Part shown: positions 39,277 through 52,077 of the stretch, in pieces
How positions within the stretch are numbered: position 1 is the first letter of the stretch
Layout of the letters: every line of letters begins with the position of its first letter
NCBI GenBank assembly: GCA_963706325.1
Contig: CAVPLT010000007.1
Location: 192,001 to 256,000 of the forward strand
Source: an uncultured Nitrospiraceae bacterium
Lineage (GTDB): Bacteria; Nitrospirota; Nitrospiria; Nitrospirales; Nitrospiraceae
Direction: 5' to 3'
Length of the DNA stretch: 64,000 nt
The notes under the pieces: model-generated
Seen by the model: only the letters and a program-made list of their open reading frames with translations
Database searches by the model: none
What the model was told of the DNA's origin: nothing
Translations under genes and position numbers: made by a program

Positions 39277-40578
39277 GTGGAAACGGGAGCAACGATCGAA
39301 GTGACAGGCAAGGAAGAACTACATAAGAGCGTGCGCATTGCTGTTATTGCCTGGATGTTGGCGGCGATTTACTATTTCTACCAGTACGCTCTTCGCTCAG
39401 CTCCAGCGGTGATGATGCCCGAACTGAGCAATGCATTCGGAATCAGCCCGCTCGCTGTCGCTTCCATTGTCGGTCTGTTCTATTACGGATACTCGCCCTT
39501 CAGTTTGGTCGCTGGAGCGGCGATGGATCGACTAGGGCCGCGTCGACTGCTGCCAGGGGCGGCGGTCATCGTCGGTATGGGGGCATTGCTGTTCGCGACA
39601 GGCAATCACAATCTCGCGAGCATCGGGAGGCTCATGCAGGGCGCAGGCGGCGTCTTTGCGCTTGTAGGCGCGATCTATATCGCGACCACAAACTTTGCGC
39701 CGTCGCGCGCCGCCACTTTGATTGGCGTCACCCAAATGTTTGGAATGGCGGGCGGATCGGCCGGACAATTCCTCGTTGGGCCACTGATTGGCAACGGGGT
39801 ACCCTGGAATGTCTTTTGGACGGCCATGGGAGTCGGCGGCTTGGTGATTGGCGCAATCTTGTTCGTGCTCCTCCCGAAAGACGAACCACCCAAACTGCCC
39901 GGGAGTGGATTCAAAAGCACCGCCAGAGGTTTCAAAACCGTGTTCAAGAACCCGCAGTCGATTTTGTGTGGCCTGATTGCCGGGTTACTGTTCATCCCGA
40001 CAACGATCTTCGACATGATTTGGGGCGTCCGTTATCTCCAGGAGGCGCATGGTCTGGAGTACGGATCGGCGGTCATGCGCTCGGCCGCGGTTCCCTTCGG
40101 TTGGATCATTGGTTGCCCCCTGCTTGGATTTATTTCCGATCGGATCGGACGGCGCAAACCGGTGATCCTCGGTGCCGCTCTCGTGCTGCTCGCCTGTCTG
40201 GCTTGGATTCTCTACGGCGAAACTGGCGTTTTCCCGCCTTATTCTGTAGGCCTCGTCGCCGGTGTCGCATCGGGCGCAGCCATGTTGCCATACACCATAA
40301 TCAAGGAGGCCAACCCGCCGCAGTTTGGTGGCACCGCCACAGGTGTGATCAATTTTTTGAATTTCACCTTTAGCGCATTGCTCGGGCCGGTCTTTACTTG
40401 GGTCCTGCAGAGTGTTTCTCGCGGAGCCCCACGAATGGAACTGGAGCATTATCAGTCCTCGTTTAGCTTGCTTCTCTACGGTGTTGCTATGGCAATCGTA
40501 TTGACCTTGTTGTTGAGAGAGACCGGACCGGCTATACGCACGGAGGCGACGAAACCCGCAAAGGGAGGCGAGAAATGA
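39277..40578 (+). CDS. MFS transporter
   Basis: 12-TM pattern; motif A-like DRLGPRR and SDRIGRRKP. Confidence 0.92.
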   Translation: METGATIEVTGKEELHKSVRIAVIAWMLAAIYYFYQYALRSAPAVMMPELSNAFGISPLAVASIVGLFYYGYSPFSLVAGAAMDRLGPRRLLPGAAVIVGMGALLFATGNHNLASIGRLMQGAGGVFALVGAIYIATTNFAPSRAATLIGVTQMFGMAGGSAGQFLVGPLIGNGVPWNVFWTAMGVGGLVIGAILFVLLPKDEPPKLPGSGFKSTARGFKTVFKNPQSILCGLIAGLLFIPTTIFDMIWGVRYLQEAHGLEYGSAVMRSAAVPFGWIIGCPLLGFISDRIGRRKPVILGAALVLLACLAWILYGETGVFPPYSVGLVAGVASGAAMLPYTIIKEANPPQFGGTATGVINFLNFTFSALLGPVFTWVLQSVSRGAPRMELEHYQSSFSLLLYGVAMAIVLTLLLRETGPAIRTEATKPAKGGEK

Positions 40579-41507
40579 CACGGACAACCGGATCTGGAAA
40601 GTATGAACAGCTCCTTGTGCGGTGCGAAAATTTGGAGCCGGTTCCAACCGCGGTGGCACATCCCTGTGAGGCAACGGCATTGTCTGGCGCTGTCGAAGCT
40701 TTCAAGCAAAGATTGATTGTGCCACTTTTGGTTGGACCAGCCGCCAGCATCGCAAAGACAGCTGCATCAGCCGGGATCGATCTGGGCAACCTGGAAATCA
40801 TTGATGTGCCGCATAGCCATGCGGCAGCGGAGAAGGCAGTTGCGCTCATTCGAGAAGGTCGCGCTGAAATACTGATGAAGGGAAGCCTGCACACGGATGA
40901 GTTAATGGGGGCGGCTATCTCACGCGAGGGTGGACTGCGCACAGGACGTCGAATCAGCCACGTGTTCATCATGGATGTTCCGACCTATCACAAGCCTCTG
41001 CTCATTACGGATGGCGCAATCAATATTGCTCCAACTTTGGAAGACAAAGTTGATATTTGTCAGAACGCCATCGATCTTGCAATCTCGCTTGGACGGGATA
41101 GACCAAAAGTCGCGATTCTCGCCGCGGTTGAAACTGTGACGTCGAAAATGCCGGCGACGATTGACGCCGCCGCGCTCTGCAAGATGGCGGAACGCGGACA
41201 GATCAAGAACGGCTTGTTAGATGGGCCGCTGGCGTTCGACAATGCCATCAGCAAGGAAGCAGCCGAGACGAAAGGCATTCAATCCGAGGTTGCAGGCGAT
41301 CCCGACATCTTGCTCGCCCCTGATTTGGAAGCCGGCAATATGCTCGCCAAGCAATTGAGCTTTCTCGCCAATGCCGATAGTGCTGGCATGGTTCTGGGTG
41401 CGAAGGTGCCCATCATTCTCACCAGTCGTGCCGACAGTGTGCGTTCCAGAATCGCCAGTTGTGCCGTTGCGGTATTAGTGGCTCATGCACGGCGGAAGAA
41501 GCCCTAA
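40575..41507 (+). CDS. pta: Phosphate acetyl/butyryltransferase
   Basis: LMKGSLHTDE, RRISHVF, DGPLAFDNAIS, PDLEAGN, ILTSRAD. Confidence 0.92.
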   Translation: MTRTTGSGKYEQLLVRCENLEPVPTAVAHPCEATALSGAVEAFKQRLIVPLLVGPAASIAKTAASAGIDLGNLEIIDVPHSHAAAEKAVALIREGRAEILMKGSLHTDELMGAAISREGGLRTGRRISHVFIMDVPTYHKPLLITDGAINIAPTLEDKVDICQNAIDLAISLGRDRPKVAILAAVETVTSKMPATIDAAALCKMAERGQIKNGLLDGPLAFDNAISKEAAETKGIQSEVAGDPDILLAPDLEAGNMLAKQLSFLANADSAGMVLGAKVPIILTSRADSVRSRIASCAVAVLVAHARRKKP

Positions 41508-41517
41508 AGGTAGGACG

Positions 41518-42695
41518 ATGGACGACTACGCGCTCGTACTCAACGCCGGCTCGTCGAGTCTGAAATTCTGCGTTTTTCAGCGACCGGCTCTCCAAGCCTG
41601 GCGCCTCGAAGCACGAGGTCAAGTCGAAGGAATCGGTACGTCGCCTCGACTATCCGTCAAGGACGCCCACGGTAGTTCGCTCGTAAATCAGGATGTCGCC
41701 GTGCGTGACGGACGCGGAGCCATCGATGCGGTCGCAGTGTGGCTGAAATCGAAGTATGGTGGCTCGCACGTGGCTGCAGTCGGTCATCGCGTCGTCCATG
41801 GCGGGACACGTTTCAGCGGACCGATAGTCGTGAATCCCGAAGTTCTCGCAGCGTTGCGCGAGTTGGTTCCACTGGCACCCCTGCATCAGCCTCACAACCT
41901 GGCGGCCATCGAAGCTGTCTCTGAACGATTGCCCAACGTGCCGCAGGTTGCCTGTTTCGATACCAGCTTCCATTGTGGACACCCCGCCGTCGCCGACCTG
42001 ATCCCCCTGCCGCATGACCTTCGGCGGTTAGGCATTCAGAGATACGGCTTTCATGGTTTGTCTTACGAATATATCGCTTCGGTCCTGCCGGAGGTCGCGC
42101 CTGAGATTGCGCACGGACGCGTCATCGTCGCACATCTCGGAAGCGGCGCCAGCTTGTGCGCGCTCCAAAATGGCAGAAGTGTCGACAGCACGCTCGGATT
42201 CACCGCATTGGATGGCCTCTGTATGGGTACGAGACCCGGCGCGCTCGACCCTGGCGTCGTATTGCATCTCTTTCAAGGTCTGAAACTCTCAGCGAAAGAA
42301 GTAGAAGCAGTGCTGTACAAAAAGTCAGGTCTTCTCGGCATCTCAGGAATCAGTAACGACATGCGCGACCTCCTGGGACGACAGGAGCCGGAGGCACGGC
42401 TTGCGGTGGACTACTTCGTCTATCGCGCTGCGAAGGAAATTGGCGCGCTCGCGGCTGTTCTACGTGGCGTCGATGCCCTGGTGTTTACCGCCGGTATCGG
42501 AGAAAACTCGCCGGAGATTCGCCAGCGAATCTGTGAGGCGTCGGCGTGGCTGGGCATCGCACTCGATGCGGGGGCAAATGCCCAAAGGTCCAAGGATTTC
42601 GACAGCCGCAGAGCAAGGTTTCTGTGTGGGTGATCCCGACCAATGAAGAACTAATGATTGCCCGACATACCGCGTCTCTGCTTGGATTGCGCTAA
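41518..42695 (+). CDS. ackA: Acetate/propionate kinase, with two frameshifts near the 3' end (pseudogene or sequencing error)
   Basis: [54 protein letters not shown]. The C-terminal GPRIST and [16 protein letters not shown] are in two other frames; stop at 42693-42695. Confidence 0.88.
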
Positions 42696-42712
42696 CGAAA
42701 GGAGAGAGGGCG

Positions 42713-44979
42713 ATGGCTACATCAGTTCCGGCAAAACTCGAATCCAAGGGCGCCAAGGCAACTCGGGCTGGGAGGGGTTCAATCTAGGGCTCTGGCAAAA
42801 GGAAATCAACGTTCGCAACTTTATCCAGCAGAATTACAAACCGTATGAAGGGAATCACTCCTTTCTCGCCCCAGCAACCGACCGTACCAAGAGGATCTGG
42901 AAAATCCTCACGGACCTTTTTGTAGAAGAACGTAAAAAGGGTGTTCTGGATGTATCCCAGATTCCCAGCTCCATCACTGCACACCGTCCAGGGTACATCG
43001 ATCGTGATAATGAAGTCATCGTTGGTCTGCAAACCGAGGCGCCCCTCAAGCGCGCAATCATGCCGAATGGCGGCTTCCGCATGGTGGTCAATGCGCTCAA
43101 AACGTACGGGTACGAACCAGAGCCACATCTGGTCGAGACTTTTACCAAATACCGAAAGACTCATAACGAGGCCGTGTTCGATGCGTATACGGCAGCCGTC
43201 AAGCTGTGTCGCAGTTCGCATATCCTGACTGGACTCCCCGACGCGTACGGTCGGGGTCGAATCATCGGCGACTACCGGCGCGTCGCCCTTTACGGTGTCG
43301 CGCGTCTGATCGAGCGCAAGCAGGAGGAGAAACGCAGCATCGATGACATGATGTCGACTGACGAGATCATTCGCGACCGCGAAGAACTCAGTGAACAGAT
43401 TCGCGCGCTCGAGGAACTGCAGAAAATGGCGGCCGCTTACGGATTCGATATTTCCATTCCGGCTCGCACGTCGCGCGAGGCTGTGCAGTGGCTCTACTTC
43501 GCATACTTGGCCGCGGTGAAAGAGCAAAACGGCGCGGCGATGTCCTTGGGACGGACCTCAACGTTTCTGGACATCTATTTCGAGCGTGACCTCGCAACAG
43601 GCGCGATCACCGAACAACAGGCGCAGGAAATCATCGATGACTTCGTCATCAAACTGCGCATTGTCCGTTTTTTGCGCACGCCGGAATACGATGAACTATT
43701 CGCGGGCGACCCAACGTGGGTCACCGAATCGATTGCCGGTATGGGAGATGATGGTCGGTCGCTCGTCACCAAGACGAGCTTTCGGTATCTACAGACGCTC
43801 TACAATCTCGGTCCGGCGCCGGAACCAAATCTGACGATATGGTATTCCCCGCGACTGCCCGATGATTTTCGTAGTTTCGCGGCAAAGGTAGCGATCGATA
43901 CGAGTTCAATTCAATTCGAAAACGACGAGATCATGCGAAGTACCTGGGGAGATGATGGTGCCATCGCGTGCTGTGTCTCGCCGATGCTGGTCGGCAAGCA
44001 AATGCAGTTTTTCGGGGCTCGAGCCAACATGGCAAAGTGTTTTTTGTACGCGATCAATGGCGGTCGAGATGAACTCACCGGGAAGCAGGTGGGTCCGGCG
44101 ACCGAGCCCGTCAAGGGAGAGTATCTCGATATCGAGGACGTGATAGATCGCTTCGAAGCGACGATGGACTGGCTCGCCGGTGTCTATGTCAACGCCATGA
44201 ATATCATCCACTACATGCACGACAAATATGCCTATGAGCGGATTGAAATGGCGCTTCACGATTATGCGCCGTTGCGAACCATGGCGTTTGGCATGGCGGG
44301 TATGTCCGTGGTTGCCGACAGCCTCTCTGCTATCCGTTATGCGAAGGTCCGCGTGGTCCGCGATCAGACAGGTCTCATTACCGACTATCAAACCGAAGGC
44401 GAGTTTCCTCAGTTTGGGAACAACGACAACCGCGTCGATCAGCTCGCGACCTGGATCGTGAGCACGTTCATGAAGAAACTGAGGAAATATCCGACATACC
44501 GACAGGCACTGCACACGCAATCGATCCTGACGATCACGTCAAATGTCGTCTATGGCAAGAACACCGGCAACACGCCCGATGGGAGGCGACAGGGACAGCC
44601 GTTCGCTCCCGGCGCCAATCCAATGCATGGACGGGATAAGCATGGCGTTCATGCGTCGGCTGCATCGGTCGCCAAAATTCCCTACCGGGACGCCGCCGAC
44701 GGCATTTCACTCACGACATCGTTGGTGCCGCAGGGCCTGGGAAGAGTGGAGGAGGATCGGATCAAGAATCTGCGGGGCATGCTTGACGCGTTTTTCGGCT
44801 CGACGGGCTATCACATGAACGTCAATGTATTGAACCGTGAAACCCTGCTTGACGCCATGGACCATCCCGAGAAGTATCCAAGTTTGACGATCCGGGTCTC
44901 GGGCTATGCCGTAAACTTTGTGCGCTTGTCCCGGGAGCAACAATTGGATGTCATCAATCGCACCTTCCACGGGTCGTGA
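42713..44979 (+). CDS. pflB: Formate C-acetyltransferase (pyruvate formate-lyase), probable 5' frameshift
   Basis: [22 protein letters not shown] active-site Cys pair, glycyl-radical IRVSGYAV. The RBS-linked ATG at 42713 is out of frame with the main ORF (42658-44979). Confidence 0.93.
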
Positions 44980-45063
44980 CGGACGCGCTAATCAGCTTTA
45001 GAGGGGATAAACGAGAACTGGGGCTCTTGCTTCACAAACCGCCGTTGAAATAGGAGACGGTCT

Positions 45064-45909
45064 ATGCCTCCTGGTGAGACACATGAGTCTGGGTCGCTCG
45101 AGGCAAACAGCCCGTTCGAGCTTCGGGTGGACAAAGGCAGTCATGTCCCCGAGTCGACTATCAAACAAGCGCTCGAGAGCGGAGATATCGGATTCATCCA
45201 CTCATTTACCACGGGATCGGCTGTCGATGGACCGGGAATGCGGGTCGTAGCATGGCTGTCGGGATGCCAGTTCCGGTGCCTGTACTGCCACAACCCTGAC
45301 ACGTGGAGCCTAAGTAACGGCATGCCTGTGCCGTTGGCACGCGCGATCGAGGAGCTTCGCAAATATCGTCACGGGCTGAAGGTGATGTCCGGCGGGTTCA
45401 CCATCAGTGGTGGCGAGCCACTCATGCAGGATCGGTTTGTCGTCAAGTTATTCACCGCTACGCATGAAATGGGGATCCACACCGCGTTGGACACCAACGG
45501 TTTTCTCGGCGATCGCCTCAGCGACGGCGAGTTGGAAAAGATCAACCTCGTGCTGCTCGATATCAAAACCTGGGACGCCCAGCGACACCGACACCTGACC
45601 GGAAAGGATGTCGGCCCGACCATCGATTTCGCGCGCCGGCTGGCTGCCCGCAAACGGCCATGTTGGCTTCGTTTCGTCCTGGTGCCGGCATTAACCGACG
45701 ACCCGCAGGACATTTCGCGAATTGCCAAGTTCGCGGCTGGGCTGGGAAATATTGAACGCGTGGATGTACTGCCTTTTCATCAGTTGGGCCAATTCAAATG
45801 GAAAGAACTGGGTCTTGATTACACTCTGGAAAATACAGCGCCCCCGTCCCATGAACTGGTTCAACGCGTGTGCGCTCAATTCGCGGCGGAAGGCCTGAAG
45901 GTATACTGA
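45064..45909 (+). CDS. pflA: Pyruvate formate-lyase activating enzyme (radical SAM)
   Basis: VDGPG, GCQFRCLYCHNPDTW, SGGEP, LDTNG, LPFHQLG..KW. Confidence 0.95.
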   Translation: MPPGETHESGSLEANSPFELRVDKGSHVPESTIKQALESGDIGFIHSFTTGSAVDGPGMRVVAWLSGCQFRCLYCHNPDTWSLSNGMPVPLARAIEELRKYRHGLKVMSGGFTISGGEPLMQDRFVVKLFTATHEMGIHTALDTNGFLGDRLSDGELEKINLVLLDIKTWDAQRHRHLTGKDVGPTIDFARRLAARKRPCWLRFVLVPALTDDPQDISRIAKFAAGLGNIERVDVLPFHQLGQFKWKELGLDYTLENTAPPSHELVQRVCAQFAAEGLKVY

Positions 45910-46189
45910 TAGGCTGAATTGCACCCCGACACCCGGAGCAGCGGAGAACCATCACGAATTGGTTGGAATGTCAGGGAGTAGTCTGGAGTTGGCAAGAGAT
46001 GAAGTATAAAAAAATGGAAAACCTCGCAAAATCAAGTCATTGTTAAAAATATTCTGAATCGACTCTCCTAGAACACACCTGAACGATAAGCCGTCAGCCC
46101 GTCGCCGATCCTTCCCAAAATAGCCGTCATCGCCGCTATCGCACAGGCGCAGGCGATCGGCCGTTGCGGTCGTTCCCCCTTTGCTGAAC

Positions 46190-46205
46190 CTGTCAAATCT
46201 GACAG
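46190..46205 (+). promoter_or_regulatory. lux-box-like palindrome (perfect) upstream of the GH63 gene run
   Basis: acCTGTCAAATCTGACAGta; TGcTACCTA with the hexamer at 46229, 31.5 bp from the centre. Confidence 0.72.
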
Positions 46206-46295
46206 TATCCGACGTCACCTCTCCATGCTACCTAATGACCGGATACACTTGGTCTACTTTTGCGTGAGAACGCAATGACGAAGGAGGTTCGGGGC

Positions 46296-49028
<2,733 letters not shown>

Positions 49029-49047
49029 AGAGGGGGTGCTATATAGT

Positions 49048-49410
49048 ATGGTCTTCACACCCGCATCTATGAGATCAACACGTGAGTTTGGCTCAAGGAG
49101 CTGAGCCGTAAGTACAATCGTTCCGTCGCACTTGAGACGGTGCCCAAGGAGGAGTGGAATACGAGAGCGGACGCGCGTGCCGACGCGGTCTGGTTCATGG
49201 GGGTGTGGGCGCGAAGTCCAGCCGGTGACGATCGCGCGGACCAATCCGTCCTTCATGAGCGATTGTACCCCGCGCTCTCACCGGTCGTACGGATCGTGAC
49301 ATCGTCGGCCCCCCCTACTGCGTCCGCCGCTATGTGGTGGATGCAGTATTAGGAGGACAGGAGGGCTTGGCCGAGGCGAGGAAGCAGCTTGCAAGGCGAG
49401 CGGTGAGCAT
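49048..49410 (+). pseudogene. N-terminal remnant of a GH13 alpha-amylase gene
   Basis: IYEINT*VWLKELSRKY...ADAVWFMGVWARSPAG, then a shifted PYCVRRYVVDAVLGGQEGLAEARKQL; parallels the N-terminus of 5049-6539. Confidence 0.8.
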
Positions 49411-49494
49411 GTGCATGATGGGGATGAATTCAGGCGATCCCTCGCTTGTACTACAACAGATTAACCGATCGTCACCAGTGCCCAGATCAGAAAG

Positions 49495-50955
49495 GTGAGA
49501 ATGACGAGGGACAGTGCTCAGGGTTTCGTGACTCGATGTTCTGTCCGCATCCCAACCATCGGAAAGCTTTTCTATCTTTCCATCATTCTCTTGTGCGTCG
49601 GATGTCGTGCAACCCCTGTCTTCTCTGTTCCAACCACGAATACACCCGCCACGTGCATCACACCGGCCGGCGATAAGAAACTACTCGTCGGTCTCGCGGT
49701 GTCGGGCGGAGGTAGTCGCGCAGCACTATTTGCGGCAGGAGCTTTCGAGGCGTTGGGCCGAATCGCCATTGGTCCTCAGAAGCAATCGTTGCTCGAGCAG
49801 GTCTCCTACATATCAAGCGTATCGGGCGGCAGCATGGCCTCGTCCTATTTTGCGCTCAAGAAACCGTCGCGGGACGTTTCAGTTCTGAATCAAACCGGAG
49901 AGATCAGCGCTGATTATCAACGGTTTTTTAAGAGTTTCAAAGAAAGCATGGGCAAAGACTATGAGGGGTTGTTGCTGTGGCGACAACTCGCCTATTTCCG
50001 TTGGTTCAACCCCTCTTGGACCGCCCAATCTCTTGCGGAAGGCCTCAGTGAAAATTATTTGGGCGAGGCCAAGTTTACAGACCTGGCTCAGCGGGAGACA
50101 CGAGGAGATAGCCCACGCCTTCTCATCAATACCACACTTTACAATGATGGACGGCGGTTTCTTTTGAGTACGCTTCCGCGGGAGAATTCTCAGTTCGACC
50201 TGATAGGCGACCTCGAGCATTTTCCGAAGATCATGTCGCTGGAGAAGCAGGCTCTCGACCTGATGCGCGTGAAGTGGGACAGTCTCATTTCCATGGTCCC
50301 GGAGGATTTAGGGATCAATGCCTGTCCGGTCCGAATTGCCGGCGCGGTCGCCGCCTCCATGTCTTTCCCGCCGATTATCGGCCCCATTACGCTTGGTGAC
50401 GCCAAGAGAGAACGCTATTGGCACATCGGAGATGGGGGATTGTCCGATAACACCGGCGGGGAATCATTGCTGATGGTGTTTTTGAAACAACTCCAGGAAG
50501 ATCCTAACCGGCGGGCCATCATGATACTCATCGATAGCTCGTTCCCCTTTTCCGTGGGGGGAGAAGTACTAGACCATCGGAAAGAAGGTTTTAGCCTGCT
50601 TAATTACGACTACTCGAGAATTCCTTCCATTATGGAAGAACGATCCCTGGCCTATCGAGGCTTGTTTCTTTCCATAGGGCAAAGCATAGGACTGCTGCCG
50701 GGCCCGGAGCGAATTCGAGTGATCCGCTTGCGACACACCGATGCTGTATGGAATGACAATCTGAATGACCTCCCGGACTCATGCAAAAAACAGCGAATCG
50801 ACTGGAAGTCCCCGAAGGACGTCGGCAAGCACCTTTCGGGAATCGTGACCCGATTGTGGCTCGAGTCGACCTGCGATCAGGATTTGATTCTCGCCGCCGC
50901 TGCCAAAGTGGTCGCTGCAAGTGAGAGCAATATCAGGACCTTCCTGGAGAGATGA
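49495..50955 (+). CDS. Patatin-like phospholipase family lipoprotein
   Basis: SGGGSRAA oxyanion loop, SSVSGGS nucleophile, DGGLSDN; CVGC lipobox. Confidence 0.88.
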   Translation: MRMTRDSAQGFVTRCSVRIPTIGKLFYLSIILLCVGCRATPVFSVPTTNTPATCITPAGDKKLLVGLAVSGGGSRAALFAAGAFEALGRIAIGPQKQSLLEQVSYISSVSGGSMASSYFALKKPSRDVSVLNQTGEISADYQRFFKSFKESMGKDYEGLLLWRQLAYFRWFNPSWTAQSLAEGLSENYLGEAKFTDLAQRETRGDSPRLLINTTLYNDGRRFLLSTLPRENSQFDLIGDLEHFPKIMSLEKQALDLMRVKWDSLISMVPEDLGINACPVRIAGAVAASMSFPPIIGPITLGDAKRERYWHIGDGGLSDNTGGESLLMVFLKQLQEDPNRRAIMILIDSSFPFSVGGEVLDHRKEGFSLLNYDYSRIPSIMEERSLAYRGLFLSIGQSIGLLPGPERIRVIRLRHTDAVWNDNLNDLPDSCKKQRIDWKSPKDVGKHLSGIVTRLWLESTCDQDLILAAAAKVVAASESNIRTFLER

Positions 50956-50982
50956 TCCTGGACATGGCTTCATCACAGTCAG

Positions 50983-52077
50983 ATGGGAGTTCCCATTTAC
51001 CAGGAGATCATGAACAGGAGCCATCGGGGAACTGAATCGGCTAAGGTGGGCAAACGGCCGCGAGTGGCGCTGATGGCCTTCATCGTGATCGTGTCGGCCT
51101 GTGCGCTCTTAACGGCATATGTGCTGGACAGCGGGTTGACGGCGGGTCGGTCCGTGCCCGCCGGGATGAAGTGGATCGCCGGTGGGGAATTCGACATGGG
51201 CTCAGACGAGCCGATGTTCGGAGATGCGCAGCCAATCCATCGAGTGTCTGTCGACGGATTTTGGATCGATGAGACCGAGGTCACGAATGCCCAATTCGCC
51301 GAGTTTGTGAAGACGACCGGTTATCTCACTGCGGCCGAACGGATCCCGAACGCGAAAGACTATCCGGGCGCTAAGCCCGAGATGTTATTTGCCGGATCGG
51401 TGGTCTTCTCTCCCTCTGATCAGGCGGTATCGCTCCACGACCATTTTCAGTGGTGGAACTACGTGAAGGGCGCCGATTGGCGGCATCCCGAGGGGAGCGG
51501 CAGTTCCATCGAGCGACGCATGGACCATCCGGTCGTGCATATCGCGTATGAAGACGCCGAGGCCTATGCCAAGTGGGCTGCGAAACGGCTTCCCACCGAG
51601 GCGGAGTGGGAGTTTGCGGCGCGCGGTGGTCTCGCGAGGAAGAAATTTGTCTGGGGCGATTCATTCCTGCCGGACGGCCATGCCATGGCAAATACCTTCC
51701 AGGGCCACTTCCCCGATCGCAACACGCAGGAAGACGGGTACATCTCCACGTCGCCCGTGAAAGGTTTTCCCCATAACGGATATGGTCTCTATGGCATGGC
51801 CGGGAATGTCTGGGAATGGACCGCCGACTGGTACCGCCACGATACCTATATCCGTCGTGGGGCTACCCATGAACCAGTCCGCAATCCGAAAGGTCCGACC
51901 GTACAGGACAGTTTCGATCCATCCGAGCCTGGTGTCGCCAAACGAGTTCATAAAGGCGGCTCGTTCCTTTGCACCGATCAATACTGCGCGCGTTATATGC
52001 CGGGAGGACGGGGCAAGGGCGCACCCGATACCGGCACGAATCATCTGGGGTTTCGGTTGGTGCGCGATGCCGCATAA
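50983..52077 (+). CDS. Formylglycine-generating enzyme (SUMF1/FGE) family protein
   Basis: EVTNAQF, RLPTEAEWEFAARGG, GMAGNVWEW, GGSFLC....C.RY, HLGFR. Confidence 0.92.
   Translation: MGVPIYQEIMNRSHRGTESAKVGKRPRVALMAFIVIVSACALLTAYVLDSGLTAGRSVPAGMKWIAGGEFDMGSDEPMFGDAQPIHRVSVDGFWIDETEVTNAQFAEFVKTTGYLTAAERIPNAKDYPGAKPEMLFAGSVVFSPSDQAVSLHDHFQWWNYVKGADWRHPEGSGSSIERRMDHPVVHIAYEDAEAYAKWAAKRLPTEAEWEFAARGGLARKKFVWGDSFLPDGHAMANTFQGHFPDRNTQEDGYISTSPVKGFPHNGYGLYGMAGNVWEWTADWYRHDTYIRRGATHEPVRNPKGPTVQDSFDPSEPGVAKRVHKGGSFLCTDQYCARYMPGGRGKGAPDTGTNHLGFRLVRDAA

Noticed and set aside
42658..42712. ORF-track N-terminus of PflB (MPDIPRLC...)
   Set aside because: Overlaps the true ackA C-terminus; the RBS points to the ATG at 42713.
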